NCBI GenBank assembly: GCA_964419865.1 | Contig: CAYQRX010000001.1 | Span: forward strand, 1 to 55,129 | Source: an uncultured Hyphomonas sp. | GTDB taxonomy: Bacteria; Pseudomonadota; Alphaproteobacteria; Caulobacterales; Hyphomonadaceae | DNA length: 55,129 bases | Direction: 5' to 3' | Shown here: in pieces, positions 23,162-32,767 of the stretch | How the letters are laid out: every line of letters starts with the position of its first letter | Numbering within the stretch: the stretch's first letter is position 1 | Notes under the pieces: generated by a model | Told to the model about the DNA's origin: nothing | The model's input: only the letters and a program-made list of their open reading frames with translations | Database searches by the model: none | Position numbers and translations under genes: made by a program

Positions 23162-24327
23162 TCGAAATGGATCAGATTCTGAGCCAGGGCCCGCTCTTTC
23201 TGATTTGCCTCATCTTTATGATGGGCATTGTGATCGTCATCCACGAGTATGGCCACTACCTTGCAGCGCGTTATTATGGTGTTGCGGTTGAGTCCTTTTC
23301 TGTGGGCTTCGGCAAACCTCTGGTCGAGACGCTGGACCGCCGCGGAACGCGCTGGCGCATCAACTGGATACCGCTGGGCGGATTTGTGAGTTTCCTCCCG
23401 GAAAATGCCGCAGAGGTGGATGTTGGGCGGAAAATAGATGGCAAATCGTTCGATGCACTGAAGCCCTGGCCGAAGATCGTGGTCAGCCTGGCTGGCCCGG
23501 CGGCGAATTTTCTCCTGGCAGTGTTCATATTCGCGCTCTCGATCGGCGTGAACGGTGTTGCGAAGTTTACCGTGGAAGTAGCCGATGTGGTGGCCGACAT
23601 GCCCGCGGAGGCCGCCGGCCTGCAGGCTGGTGACCGATTGATCCGCGTCAATGGGCGGGACGTGAACAGTCGCGGCGATGCGAGCATGGCGATCCTTGTG
23701 AGTCCCAACAAGCCGGTGGTCTTCACCGTCGATCGTCAGGGACAGACCCTGGATATTCCGGTTACCCCGATCGAAATGGTTCGGCCGAATGAGTTCGGAC
23801 AGGTCGTGCCGCAAAGCACCGCCGGGATCGTCATGCAACATGTCGAGCTGAATGAACGCGTCCGCTATGGTCCGATCGGCGCGGTTGTGCAGGGCGTCAT
23901 CCAGACCGGCCGCACCGTAGATCAGACCGTCGCTATGCTGGGGCGGATTGTAACCGGGAACATGTCCATTCACGCCATGTCAGGCCCGGTGGGCGTCGGA
24001 GATATATCGCGCCGCGCGGTCAATCGGGTGGTCGGGCAGGATCAGCTATCGGCCTGGGAGAAGACCCAGATGCTGTTCTGGATGCTGCTCAGCGTCTGCG
24101 CTGCGGTATCGGTCGGCGTAGGTTTCTTCAATCTGCTGCCACTGCCAGTGCTGGATGGCGGACGCGTGGTGTTTCATGCATACGAAGCCGTAACAGGGTC
24201 AAAGCTACCCATGCAGGTCGAAGCATTCGCGCTCCGGGCCGGAGTGTTTCTGCTGTTGCTCCTGGTGGTCGTTATCACCTGGGGTGATGTGGTGGAGACC
24301 GGCGTTTTTGGACGGGGAGGTGGCTGA
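23158..24327 (+). CDS. rseP: RIP metalloprotease RseP (M50, one PDZ domain)
   Basis: HEYGH zinc motif, AGPAANF and NLLPLPVLDGG; start could instead be 23167. Confidence 0.94.
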   Translation: MIEMDQILSQGPLFLICLIFMMGIVIVIHEYGHYLAARYYGVAVESFSVGFGKPLVETLDRRGTRWRINWIPLGGFVSFLPENAAEVDVGRKIDGKSFDALKPWPKIVVSLAGPAANFLLAVFIFALSIGVNGVAKFTVEVADVVADMPAEAAGLQAGDRLIRVNGRDVNSRGDASMAILVSPNKPVVFTVDRQGQTLDIPVTPIEMVRPNEFGQVVPQSTAGIVMQHVELNERVRYGPIGAVVQGVIQTGRTVDQTVAMLGRIVTGNMSIHAMSGPVGVGDISRRAVNRVVGQDQLSAWEKTQMLFWMLLSVCAAVSVGVGFFNLLPLPVLDGGRVVFHAYEAVTGSKLPMQVEAFALRAGVFLLLLLVVVITWGDVVETGVFGRGGG

Positions 24328-24363
24328 CAAGCGGTCAGCCCGAAAAAGAAAGTGTATTCCAGA

Positions 24364-26928
24364 ATGCGTACATTCCTCGCTGCTACGATCCTTGCCACGA
24401 GTGCACTGGGTCTTAGCATCAATGGTCTGGGGGCAACCGCATCGGCGCAGGAAGATCCGCTTTATGGCGGCACCATCCGCTCGGTTATCGTTGAGGGCAA
24501 TCAGCGGATCGAGGCGCGCACTGTCCAGTCATACCTGCTTGTCGAGCCCGGCGACGCCTTCGATCCCGACCGGATCGATCTGTCGCTGAAGACCCTGTTT
24601 GCGACGAACCTGTTTGCTGATGTGTCCATCGACCGGCGGGGCAATGACCTTGTGATCCAGGTTGTTGAAAATCCAATCATCAACCGCGTGATCTTTGAAG
24701 GCAACCGCGCGCTCAAGGACGACAAGCTGCGCGAAGAGATTCAAGCGGCGCCGAGGGGCATCTTCACTGCCGCGCGGGTGCAGGCGGATGTCCAGCGTGT
24801 GCTTGAACTGTATCGGCGCTCCGGGCGGTTCGCCGCCCGCGTTGAGCCGCAGTACAAGCCACTCGAGCAAAACCGCGTCGACCTGATCTTCGAAATCACG
24901 GAAGGACCGGTTACAGGCGTTCGCGCGATCAACTTCATCGGGAACCAGGCCTATTCCGACTCGCGGCTTCGCAGCGAGATCGTGACGAAGCAATCGCGCC
25001 TCTGGCGCTTCTTCAGCTCCAATGACAATTACGATTCCAACCGGCTCGAATTTGACCGTGAGAAGCTGCGTGAGTTCTATCAGAATAACGGATATTACGA
25101 TTTCCGTGTTACTTCAGCCGTCGCCGAGCTGACGCCGGATCAGAAAGACTTCTACATTACCTATACGGTTGATGAGGGCCGCCAGTACGACTTCGGAACC
25201 ATCCGTGTAGAGACGGCACTAGAAAAGCTTGATGGCGATGTGCTGCGCGCGGTCGTTCCGATCCAGGAGGGCGAGCTTTTCCGAGGCAGCCTGATCGAGT
25301 CGACCATTGACTCCCTAACTTATGCGGCGGGTATCGCCGGATATGCATTTGTCGACGTCCGCCCACAGATCAGCGTGAACGAGCAGACGGGCCGGATTGA
25401 CATTACGTTCGCCCTCGATGAGGGGCCGAGGGTATACATTGAGCGGATCAATATTATCGGTAACACCCAGACGCTGGACCGGGTGATCCGCCGCGAACTT
25501 CGTATCTCCGAAGGCGATGCATTCAACCGCATTCTTCTTGACCGGTCACGCAATCGGGTGCGGGCACTTGGATTCTTCAAGAATGTCGAGGTTATCGAGA
25601 CCCCGAGCGAGCAGCCCGACAGAACCATTGTCGACATCAAGGTTGAAGAACAGTCGACGGGTGAGCTTTCGTTTGCAGCCGGTTTTTCTTCTGTAGACGC
25701 TTATTTGTTCGATCTCAGCGCATCTCAGCGCAATCTTCGCGGTCGGGGTCAGTCGGTCGTTGCGCGCACATCGCTCTCCAGCCGTCAGCAGATTGTCGAC
25801 CTGCGCTTTACAGAGCCCAGATTCCTCGACCGCAACCTGTCGGCCGGTGTGGACCTCTTCGCGACGGCTCAGGACTTTGAAGAGTTTACCGGTTTCACAA
25901 GCAAGACGATCGGCGGCGGTGTCCGGGTGGCGTTCCCGCTTACCGACAGGATGCAGCTCGGCCTGAGTTATCGGCTTCAGTCAGATGATGTGAACATCAC
26001 GGATCAGAACATCATCATCGATTCTGATGGCAATCTTGTTCGCACCCGGACTCAGGTTGCCGGGCAGGATACGCCCGATGATTTCAGCGATGACGTCTAT
26101 CGCCTGCCGGAACCGGGTGATGAAGGGCCCGGTGAGTTCGTTGTGGATCGTTGTGATCCAGCATTCCTGTTCCGCGATACGATTTGCCGGTCCGAGCGGA
26201 ACGACATCTCGAGCATCATCGGCTACAATTTCTACTGGGATCGGACGAATGATCCGATTTCGCCGACGCGCGGATTTAATTTCCGGTTCAGTCAGGATAT
26301 CGCCGGGATTGGTGGAGACGTGCGTTACATCCGTACCGAGACCGGTGCATCGCTCTATCGCGGCATCTGGCGGGATGTTGTTGCCAGCGCTCATTTCTCT
26401 GGCGGCTTCGTTGTTCCGCTCGACAAGGAACAGGGGGTCCGGATCAATAACCGCTTCTTCCGCGGCGGGAGTACTTTCCGTGGCTTCGATGTTGCCGGTC
26501 TCGGTCCCCGTGAGATACTCAGGATCTATGACCCCGATACGGGCGAAGTGCTGGCTACGCAGCGTCTGAATTCTTTGGGCGGGAATGCCTACTATCAGGG
26601 TACGTTCGAATTGACGGTGCCGAACTTCATTCCGGAAGAATACGGTATCCGCAGCGCGCTGTTCCTTGATGTCGGGTCGCTGGGCCTTCTGGACGATGTC
26701 GACAAGACGCCGCCATTGTTCATTACCGATGCAACCTCGATTGGTTATCCCGGCCTTGGCGCCATCCGGATCACCAAGGATGCGGCATCTCTGCGGGCAT
26801 CGGCGGGGCTTAGTGTTTTCTGGGATTCGCCGTTTGGTCCAATCCGCTTCGACTTCTCTCAGATCCTCCGCAAGGAGGAGTATGACCGGACGCAATCCTT
26901 CCGGTTCTCGACCTCAACGCGATTCTAG
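24364..26928 (+). CDS. bamA: Outer membrane protein assembly factor BamA
   Basis: POTRA repeats (EGNQRIE, VVENPIINRVIFEGN), FRGF loop-6 motif and C-terminal SPFGPIRFDFS...FSTSTRF; start ATG 24364 (alternative GTG 24352). Confidence 0.96.
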   Translation: MRTFLAATILATSALGLSINGLGATASAQEDPLYGGTIRSVIVEGNQRIEARTVQSYLLVEPGDAFDPDRIDLSLKTLFATNLFADVSIDRRGNDLVIQVVENPIINRVIFEGNRALKDDKLREEIQAAPRGIFTAARVQADVQRVLELYRRSGRFAARVEPQYKPLEQNRVDLIFEITEGPVTGVRAINFIGNQAYSDSRLRSEIVTKQSRLWRFFSSNDNYDSNRLEFDREKLREFYQNNGYYDFRVTSAVAELTPDQKDFYITYTVDEGRQYDFGTIRVETALEKLDGDVLRAVVPIQEGELFRGSLIESTIDSLTYAAGIAGYAFVDVRPQISVNEQTGRIDITFALDEGPRVYIERINIIGNTQTLDRVIRRELRISEGDAFNRILLDRSRNRVRALGFFKNVEVIETPSEQPDRTIVDIKVEEQSTGELSFAAGFSSVDAYLFDLSASQRNLRGRGQSVVARTSLSSRQQIVDLRFTEPRFLDRNLSAGVDLFATAQDFEEFTGFTSKTIGGGVRVAFPLTDRMQLGLSYRLQSDDVNITDQNIIIDSDGNLVRTRTQVAGQDTPDDFSDDVYRLPEPGDEGPGEFVVDRCDPAFLFRDTICRSERNDISSIIGYNFYWDRTNDPISPTRGFNFRFSQDIAGIGGDVRYIRTETGASLYRGIWRDVVASAHFSGGFVVPLDKEQGVRINNRFFRGGSTFRGFDVAGLGPREILRIYDPDTGEVLATQRLNSLGGNAYYQGTFELTVPNFIPEEYGIRSALFLDVGSLGLLDDVDKTPPLFITDATSIGYPGLGAIRITKDAASLRASAGLSVFWDSPFGPIRFDFSQILRKEEYDRTQSFRFSTSTRF

Positions 26929-26959
26929 TATCGCCTAGCCCCAGAACAGGACGATTAAT

Positions 26960-27544
26960 ATGCCATTCTACAAGTCAATCATTGCAGCCGCCTTGCTGCT
27001 GGCAGTCTCGGGCCTGACGGCATTCGCTCAGGGTACATCGGTCATGGTTATCGACGATGTGCGAATCCTGCGCGAAAGCAAGGCCGGCCAGGACATTCAG
27101 CGGAAGCTTCAGGCGATCGAAACGCAGATCAACAATGAGCTGGAGCCGGGCATCAAGGCACTCGAGACCGACGCCAAGGCGATCGAGCCGAAGATTCAAG
27201 GCAAGACCCGCGAGCAGATCGCCGGAGACGCGGCGCTTGTAAATCAGCTTGCTGCCTTCCAGACCAAGCAGCAGGAATTCGGGCAGAAACGCAATGTTGC
27301 GGCGCGTGAGTTTGCCATGACCGAAGAGAAGGCCATTGTAGACTTCAACCGGGCGCTCGAGCCCGCCCTTACTGAAGTGATACAGGAGAAGGGCGCCCAG
27401 GTTGTCCTCCTGAAGAGCCAGGCAATTTTCGTTGCTGACGCCGTCGACGCGACAACAGCTGTCATCCAGAAACTTGACCAGAAGACGCCCGCCATCGCAG
27501 TTACCCGCCAGCGCCTCCCTGCGGCCGCCCCGCAAGGCAACTGA
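26960..27544 (+). CDS. skp: Skp/OmpH-family periplasmic chaperone
   Basis: Signal peptide (…TAFA-Q), ID..RILRESKAG, helical Q/E/K-rich body; lies between bamA and lpxD. Confidence 0.85.
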   Translation: MPFYKSIIAAALLLAVSGLTAFAQGTSVMVIDDVRILRESKAGQDIQRKLQAIETQINNELEPGIKALETDAKAIEPKIQGKTREQIAGDAALVNQLAAFQTKQQEFGQKRNVAAREFAMTEEKAIVDFNRALEPALTEVIQEKGAQVVLLKSQAIFVADAVDATTAVIQKLDQKTPAIAVTRQRLPAAAPQGN

Positions 27545-27556
27545 CAGGGAACAGCC

Positions 27557-28576
27557 GTGACAGTCGACACCCGCTTCTATGCGCCATTGGGGGCTTTGAC
27601 GCTGGAAGAGGTGGCCGGCCTGACCGGCGCCCGGCTGTCGGGAAATCCAGCACTGATGGTGAGCGGGGTTGCGTCGGCGGCGCATGCGCGCAGCGGAGAA
27701 GTGGCGTTTCTGGATGGTGACGGGAAAACCGCGCCTGTCCTGAGCGCCGATCTCGGCGCCGTATTCGTATCTCCGGCGATGCGGACCTACGCGCCGGAAG
27801 GCGCTGCTATCCTTGAAACGCCGCATCCGCGGTTTGCGCACAGCCTGGTCGCCAAAGCAATGTTCCGGCCGCGCCATCTGGTGGATGGCGGGGGCGGCGA
27901 ACGAATTGCCGGCGACGCGCGTGTTCACGACGGCGCTGTCCTCCAGCCCGGCGCCGTGATTGGCCCCGGCGCGGTCATCGGGGAGGGAGCGGTGATCGGA
28001 GCCAATGCCGTCATTGGGCCGGGGGTTCAGATTGGCCGGCACACCTCCATCGGCGCAGGCGCTTCCGTTCATTGCGCCCTGGTTGGCGATCATGTGACCG
28101 TCCTCGCCGGTGCCCGGATCGGAGAGGCGGGATTTGGCGTCCTCGTGGGCCCGGCGGGCGCTGAGGACGCGCCGCACTTCGGCCGTGTCATACTTCAGGA
28201 CCATGTGACTGTTGGCGCGAACAGTTGCATCGACAGAGGGATGTTCGAGGACACGATTGTCGGAGAACGAACAAAGATCGACAATCTTTGCCAGATTGCC
28301 CACAATGTCGTCTTAGGACGCGGCGTTGTCGTGGCCGCATTCGGCGGAATTTCTGGCTCGGTCCGGGTTGGCGATGGCTCGATGCTCGGTGGACGCGTTG
28401 GTATTGCCGATCATGTCACTGTCGGAGAGCGCGTCAGCCTCGCGGCATCATCGGGCCTCTTTCGCGATGTCGGGCCAGGTGAGACTTGGGGGGGTACACC
28501 TGCCAAGCCCATACGCTTGTGGATGCGCGAAGTAGCCTGGTTGCAAAAACAGGTCGGCGCAAAGAAATCCGATTGA
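27557..28576 (+). CDS. lpxD: UDP-3-O-acylglucosamine N-acyltransferase
   Basis: Hexapeptide repeats; [15 protein letters not shown] and [12 protein letters not shown] motifs. Confidence 0.95.
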   Translation: MTVDTRFYAPLGALTLEEVAGLTGARLSGNPALMVSGVASAAHARSGEVAFLDGDGKTAPVLSADLGAVFVSPAMRTYAPEGAAILETPHPRFAHSLVAKAMFRPRHLVDGGGGERIAGDARVHDGAVLQPGAVIGPGAVIGEGAVIGANAVIGPGVQIGRHTSIGAGASVHCALVGDHVTVLAGARIGEAGFGVLVGPAGAEDAPHFGRVILQDHVTVGANSCIDRGMFEDTIVGERTKIDNLCQIAHNVVLGRGVVVAAFGGISGSVRVGDGSMLGGRVGIADHVTVGERVSLAASSGLFRDVGPGETWGGTPAKPIRLWMREVAWLQKQVGAKKSD

Positions 28577-28610
28577 TTGACTTAGGTTCCTCTTGAAGGG
28601 CAGGGAGGTC

Positions 28611-29408
28611 ATGGCGATGAGCGTTGAGGTTCACCCAAGTTCGGTTGTGGAGAAGGGCGCGGTCCTGCATGACGGCGTCAAGATCGGGCCGTTCTGCCAT
28701 GTCGGGCGCCTCGCAGAGATCGGAGCGGGCACGGAGCTTGTTTCTCACGCATCGGTCCTGGGCGCTACCAGGCTCGGGCAGAACTGTATCCTCTATCCAC
28801 ATGCGGCGCTCGGTTGTGGACCCCAGGTGATCGGCATGCGCGAAACGCCAGACTCGCGTCTTGAAGTGGGCGATGGCTGTGTCTTTCGCGAGTATGCGAC
28901 GGCCCATACAGGCATGCCAAAATATGGCGGCGTCACGAAGATCGGTGACGCCTGCTACATTATGATCGGCGCACATATCGCCCACGACAATCGCATCGGC
29001 AACCATGTCGTGATGGCCAATAATGTCTCCCTGGCCGGTCATATCGAAGTTGGCGACAATGTCTGGTTTGGCGGCCTGGCTGCGGTCCATCAGTTCAGCC
29101 GGATCGGCCGCAATGCGTTTGTCGGGGGCGGGGCGATTGTCGTCGAAGATGTCATTCCGTTCGGGTCCGTGGTTGGCAATCACGCCAAGCTCGCCGGCCT
29201 CAACATTGTTGGCCTCAAGCGCCGCGGCTTCAGCAAAGAGGATCTCCACCAGATCCGCGCGGCCTATAAGGCGATTTTCGAGGGGGAAGGCTTTTTCAAG
29301 GACCGGGTGGAGCGGGCAGCTTCTGACTTTGCTGACAGACCGCTGGCGATGGAGCTTGTGAGCTTTATCCGCGAGGGCGGAGACCGCCCCATATGCAAGC
29401 CGGGTTGA
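28611..29408 (+). CDS. lpxA: Acyl-ACP--UDP-N-acetylglucosamine O-acyltransferase
   Basis: VHPSSVVE, HIAHD, AVHQFSRIG and GLNIVGLKRRGF motifs; ATG 28611 after GGAGG. Confidence 0.95.
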   Translation: MAMSVEVHPSSVVEKGAVLHDGVKIGPFCHVGRLAEIGAGTELVSHASVLGATRLGQNCILYPHAALGCGPQVIGMRETPDSRLEVGDGCVFREYATAHTGMPKYGGVTKIGDACYIMIGAHIAHDNRIGNHVVMANNVSLAGHIEVGDNVWFGGLAAVHQFSRIGRNAFVGGGAIVVEDVIPFGSVVGNHAKLAGLNIVGLKRRGFSKEDLHQIRAAYKAIFEGEGFFKDRVERAASDFADRPLAMELVSFIREGGDRPICKPG

Positions 29409-29412
29409 TGTT

Positions 29413-30261
29413 ATGACGGCGCCATTGGGCCTTGTGGCCGGTCTCGGAGAACTGCCGGTCGTGATTGCGCAGAACGCTGTTGCAACCGGGCAGGGGGTCT
29501 ACGTTCTCAGGATCAGAGGATTTGAGGAGCCCCGCCTCGCGAATTTTCCGGGGGGCGTGGCGGGGATCGGCGAAGTTGGCGCGGTAATGGAGCAGCTGAA
29601 GACAGCCGGCTGCCGCGATGTCGTCTTCGCCGGGAATGTCAGTCGCCCCGACTTCAAGACGTTGAGGCTCGATCTCAGGGGATTGAGCGTTTTGCCCAAA
29701 GTTCTGGCTGAGGCCCGCAAGGGGGATGATGCGCTTCTACGGGTGCTCGTCAGGGAGTTTGAGAAGGCCGGATTCCGAGTGATCGGCAGCGATGCGGCGT
29801 ATGGCGAACTGATCGCACCGCGCGGGCTGATTGCAGGCCCGCAGCCTGATGCGGCGATGATGGAGGACATCACGGTTGCAGCGCGCGTCGCGGCCGCCAC
29901 CGGCGCCCTTGATATCGGCCAGGGCTGCGTCGTCTGCGACGGTCTGGTCCTGGCGGTTGAAGCGCAGGAGGGAACCGACCTGATGCTGCGCCGATGCGCC
30001 ACGCTTCCGGCCGAAATCCGCGGGACGCCGGATCTGCGCCGCGGCGTCCTCGTCAAGCGGCCAAAGCCCCTGCAGGAGCGCCGTATCGACCTTCCCACCA
30101 CGGGTGTCTCCACGGTTGAGCTTGCCGCTGAGGCGGGCCTGGCGGGTATCGCGGTTGAAGCTGGAGGCGCATTGATGCTCAACCGGCCAGCAATGGAAGA
30201 ACGCGCTGAGGCGCTGGGCGTGTTCCTATATGGCTTCCCACCGGATCTGGGGCTCAAATGA
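29413..30261 (+). CDS. lpxI: UDP-2,3-diacylglucosamine diphosphatase LpxI
   Basis: LGLVAG.GELP, DIGQG, AVEAQEGTD and KP.QERRIDLPT motifs; lies between lpxA and lpxB. Confidence 0.92.
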   Translation: MTAPLGLVAGLGELPVVIAQNAVATGQGVYVLRIRGFEEPRLANFPGGVAGIGEVGAVMEQLKTAGCRDVVFAGNVSRPDFKTLRLDLRGLSVLPKVLAEARKGDDALLRVLVREFEKAGFRVIGSDAAYGELIAPRGLIAGPQPDAAMMEDITVAARVAAATGALDIGQGCVVCDGLVLAVEAQEGTDLMLRRCATLPAEIRGTPDLRRGVLVKRPKPLQERRIDLPTTGVSTVELAAEAGLAGIAVEAGGALMLNRPAMEERAEALGVFLYGFPPDLGLK

Positions 30262-31439
30262 GTGAGCGGCATATCTATTTCGTAGCCGCCGAACCTTCCG
30301 GAGACCTGCTTGCGCGTGAAGTAATAGAGGCGATCAGGGCGCAGCAAGATGGCATACGCATCTCCGGGATCGGCGGGCAGGAAATGGCGTCGAGCGGCGT
30401 GGAATCGCCGATCGATATCAGCAGACTTTCCATTCTCGGTTTCTTCGAGGGAATCAAAGCCTATAGCGAGGTCGTGCGCCTCGCGGACGCTGCAGCAGAC
30501 GCAATTGTGGCAGCTGAGCCAGAAGTCGTCGTTCTGGTCGATTCATGGGGCTTCATGCTGCGCCTGGCGCAGCGATTGCGCATAAGGGCCCCTCATGTCC
30601 GAATTGTGAAACTCATCGGTCCGCAGGTCTGGGCGACGCGGCCAGGGCGCGCGAAAACACTCGCGGGGACTGTGGATCACCTGTTGTGCATGCACGACAT
30701 TGAGGTTCCCTACTATGCGCCCTTCGGTTTGCGAACCACGGTCATAGGCAACCCAGCGCTGTTCCGCGGTGGCGAGGGCGACCGGCAGTCCTTCCGCCAG
30801 CGCCACGGCCTTTCGGAAGCCGACAAGGCAGTTCTTATTCTGCCCGGAAGCCGGCGCAGCGAAATTGCCCGTGTGGCCCCCGCATTGATCGATGCCGCGC
30901 GCCGGATCAAGGAAGCGCGGCCTGACACGCGGCTCTTTGTCGAGCCGGCGCAAAGCGCAGTCAGTACATTCAAAGAAACATTTCGCGGTCTGGAGGACGC
31001 ATTCACGCTACTCGACCGGCCGGCCAGCCGATTTGATGCAATGGCGGGCTGCGACGTCGTTCTTGCGTGTTCGGGCACTGTAACGAGCGAGGTTGCCATG
31101 CAGGGAACGCCGATGATCGTCGCCTACAAGACCGGCTGGATCACCTGGGCGCTGGCGCGCGGACTACTATACAAGAAAAAGCACATCACGCTTTTGAATA
31201 TCCTCAACGATGATACCGCAATTGTACCTGAGTTTGTGCAGACACGGCAGAAGCCGGAATTGATCGCGTCGCAGGCGATTCGTTGGCTGAACAATCCGGA
31301 TCTGCTCGCCGCCCAGCGCCGGTCTCAGCTATCTGCTCTGAAGCAGCTGAAAAAAGAAGTAGCCCCGGCAGCGGTGCTCGCCGCCGGGGCTATCGTTTCG
31401 GAACTTGGCCGGGTTCAGCGCGCGGCGATCGGCGTATAG
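30258..31439 (+). CDS. lpxB: Lipid-A-disaccharide synthase
   Basis: [28 protein letters not shown] and VPEFVQ motifs. Confidence 0.94.
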   Translation: MSERHIYFVAAEPSGDLLAREVIEAIRAQQDGIRISGIGGQEMASSGVESPIDISRLSILGFFEGIKAYSEVVRLADAAADAIVAAEPEVVVLVDSWGFMLRLAQRLRIRAPHVRIVKLIGPQVWATRPGRAKTLAGTVDHLLCMHDIEVPYYAPFGLRTTVIGNPALFRGGEGDRQSFRQRHGLSEADKAVLILPGSRRSEIARVAPALIDAARRIKEARPDTRLFVEPAQSAVSTFKETFRGLEDAFTLLDRPASRFDAMAGCDVVLACSGTVTSEVAMQGTPMIVAYKTGWITWALARGLLYKKKHITLLNILNDDTAIVPEFVQTRQKPELIASQAIRWLNNPDLLAAQRRSQLSALKQLKKEVAPAAVLAAGAIVSELGRVQRAAIGV

Positions 31440-32719
31440 TCCCGCTTTGCAGCGCCAGTATAAATCTGGCGCGGGCGCCCGATTTTCTGTGTTGGATCGT
31501 CGAGCATCTCGTTCATCTGCGACACCCAGCCAACGGTGCGGGCCAGAGCGAACAGGACCGTGAACATCTTGGTCGGGAAACCCATCGCCTCGAGGATGAT
31601 GCCCGAATAGAAGTCAACGTTCGGATAGAGTTTCTTGGCGACGAAATACTCATCCTGAAGCGCGATCCGCTCCAGTTCCATGGCTACCTTCAGAAGCGGA
31701 TGATCGCGCAGATCAAGCGCATCGAGCACTTCATGCGCTGTCTTCTGCATCACCTTGGCGCGCGGATCATAGTTCTTGTAGACGCGGTGGCCGAAGCCCA
31801 TCAGGCGCACACCGCTGGACTTGTCTTTTACCCTTTTTACGAAATCCGGAACGTGGCTGACGTCACCGATCTCGCGAAGCTGCCGAAGCGCAGCTTCATT
31901 AGCGCCGCCATGGCTCGGCCCCCAAAGGCTGGCAACGCCGGCTGCAACTGCGGCGAACGGGTGCGCACCGGAAGACGCGACAAGACGAACCGTCGATGTC
32001 GATGCGTTCTGCTCATGATCCGCATGCAACATGAAGAAGCGGTCCATGGCGCGCGCCAGAACCGGGTTCACCTCATACTCCTCGGCCGTTACCGAGAAGC
32101 ACATGTTCAGGAAGTTTTCCGAATAGGAGAGGCGGTTCAGGGGATCAATGAACTTCTGGCCCAGGTTATACTTCATACAGCGCGCCGCGATGGTCGGCAT
32201 CTTGGCGATCAGGCGGATCGAGCTGATGCGGCGCTCTTCGGGATCTTCATTTCCCATGGCGCCCGGATAAAATGCGGCCATGCCGCCGACTGCCCCGGTC
32301 AGCATTGCCATCGGATGGCTGTCGCGGCGGAAGCCGTCAAAGAACCGGTCCTGTTGTGTATGCAGCAGCGTATGATTGCGGATCTGCTTGTTGAACGCCT
32401 CATCCTGCTCCTTGGTGGGCAGTTCGCCATGAAGCAGCAGGTAACAAAGCTCTACATAGTTGGACTTCTCAGCCAGCTGCTCGATGGGATAGCCCCGATG
32501 CAGCAAAATGCCTTCGTCGCCATCGATGAAAGTGATCTGGCTTTCACAGCTGCCCGTCGAGGTAAAACCGGGATCGAGCGTGAAATGATCCGTCTCGGCG
32601 TACAATTTCCGGATATCGATGACATTCGGCCCATGTGTGCCCGAATAGACCGGAAGATCGACCGATTTTCCGGCAACTTCCAGCCTGGCCAATCCTGCGT
32701 CTTTAACCTTGTTCTCCAT
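31415..32719 (-). CDS. gltA: Citrate synthase (type II)
   Basis: [42 protein letters not shown] and YPNVDFYSG motifs. Confidence 0.97.
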   Translation of the reverse strand: MENKVKDAGLARLEVAGKSVDLPVYSGTHGPNVIDIRKLYAETDHFTLDPGFTSTGSCESQITFIDGDEGILLHRGYPIEQLAEKSNYVELCYLLLHGELPTKEQDEAFNKQIRNHTLLHTQQDRFFDGFRRDSHPMAMLTGAVGGMAAFYPGAMGNEDPEERRISSIRLIAKMPTIAARCMKYNLGQKFIDPLNRLSYSENFLNMCFSVTAEEYEVNPVLARAMDRFFMLHADHEQNASTSTVRLVASSGAHPFAAVAAGVASLWGPSHGGANEAALRQLREIGDVSHVPDFVKRVKDKSSGVRLMGFGHRVYKNYDPRAKVMQKTAHEVLDALDLRDHPLLKVAMELERIALQDEYFVAKKLYPNVDFYSGIILEAMGFPTKMFTVLFALARTVGWVSQMNEMLDDPTQKIGRPRQIYTGAAKRDYTPIAAR

Positions 32720-32767
32720 CAGCCTCTTACCCTGTTTGTCTGTGCGGTACCGGAGAGATGCGTCATC

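Noticed and set aside
27925-28130. Short imperfect tandem repeats in lpxD ([17 protein letters not shown])
   Set aside because: Ordinary hexapeptide repeats of the left-handed beta-helix, not a DNA repeat element or CRISPR.
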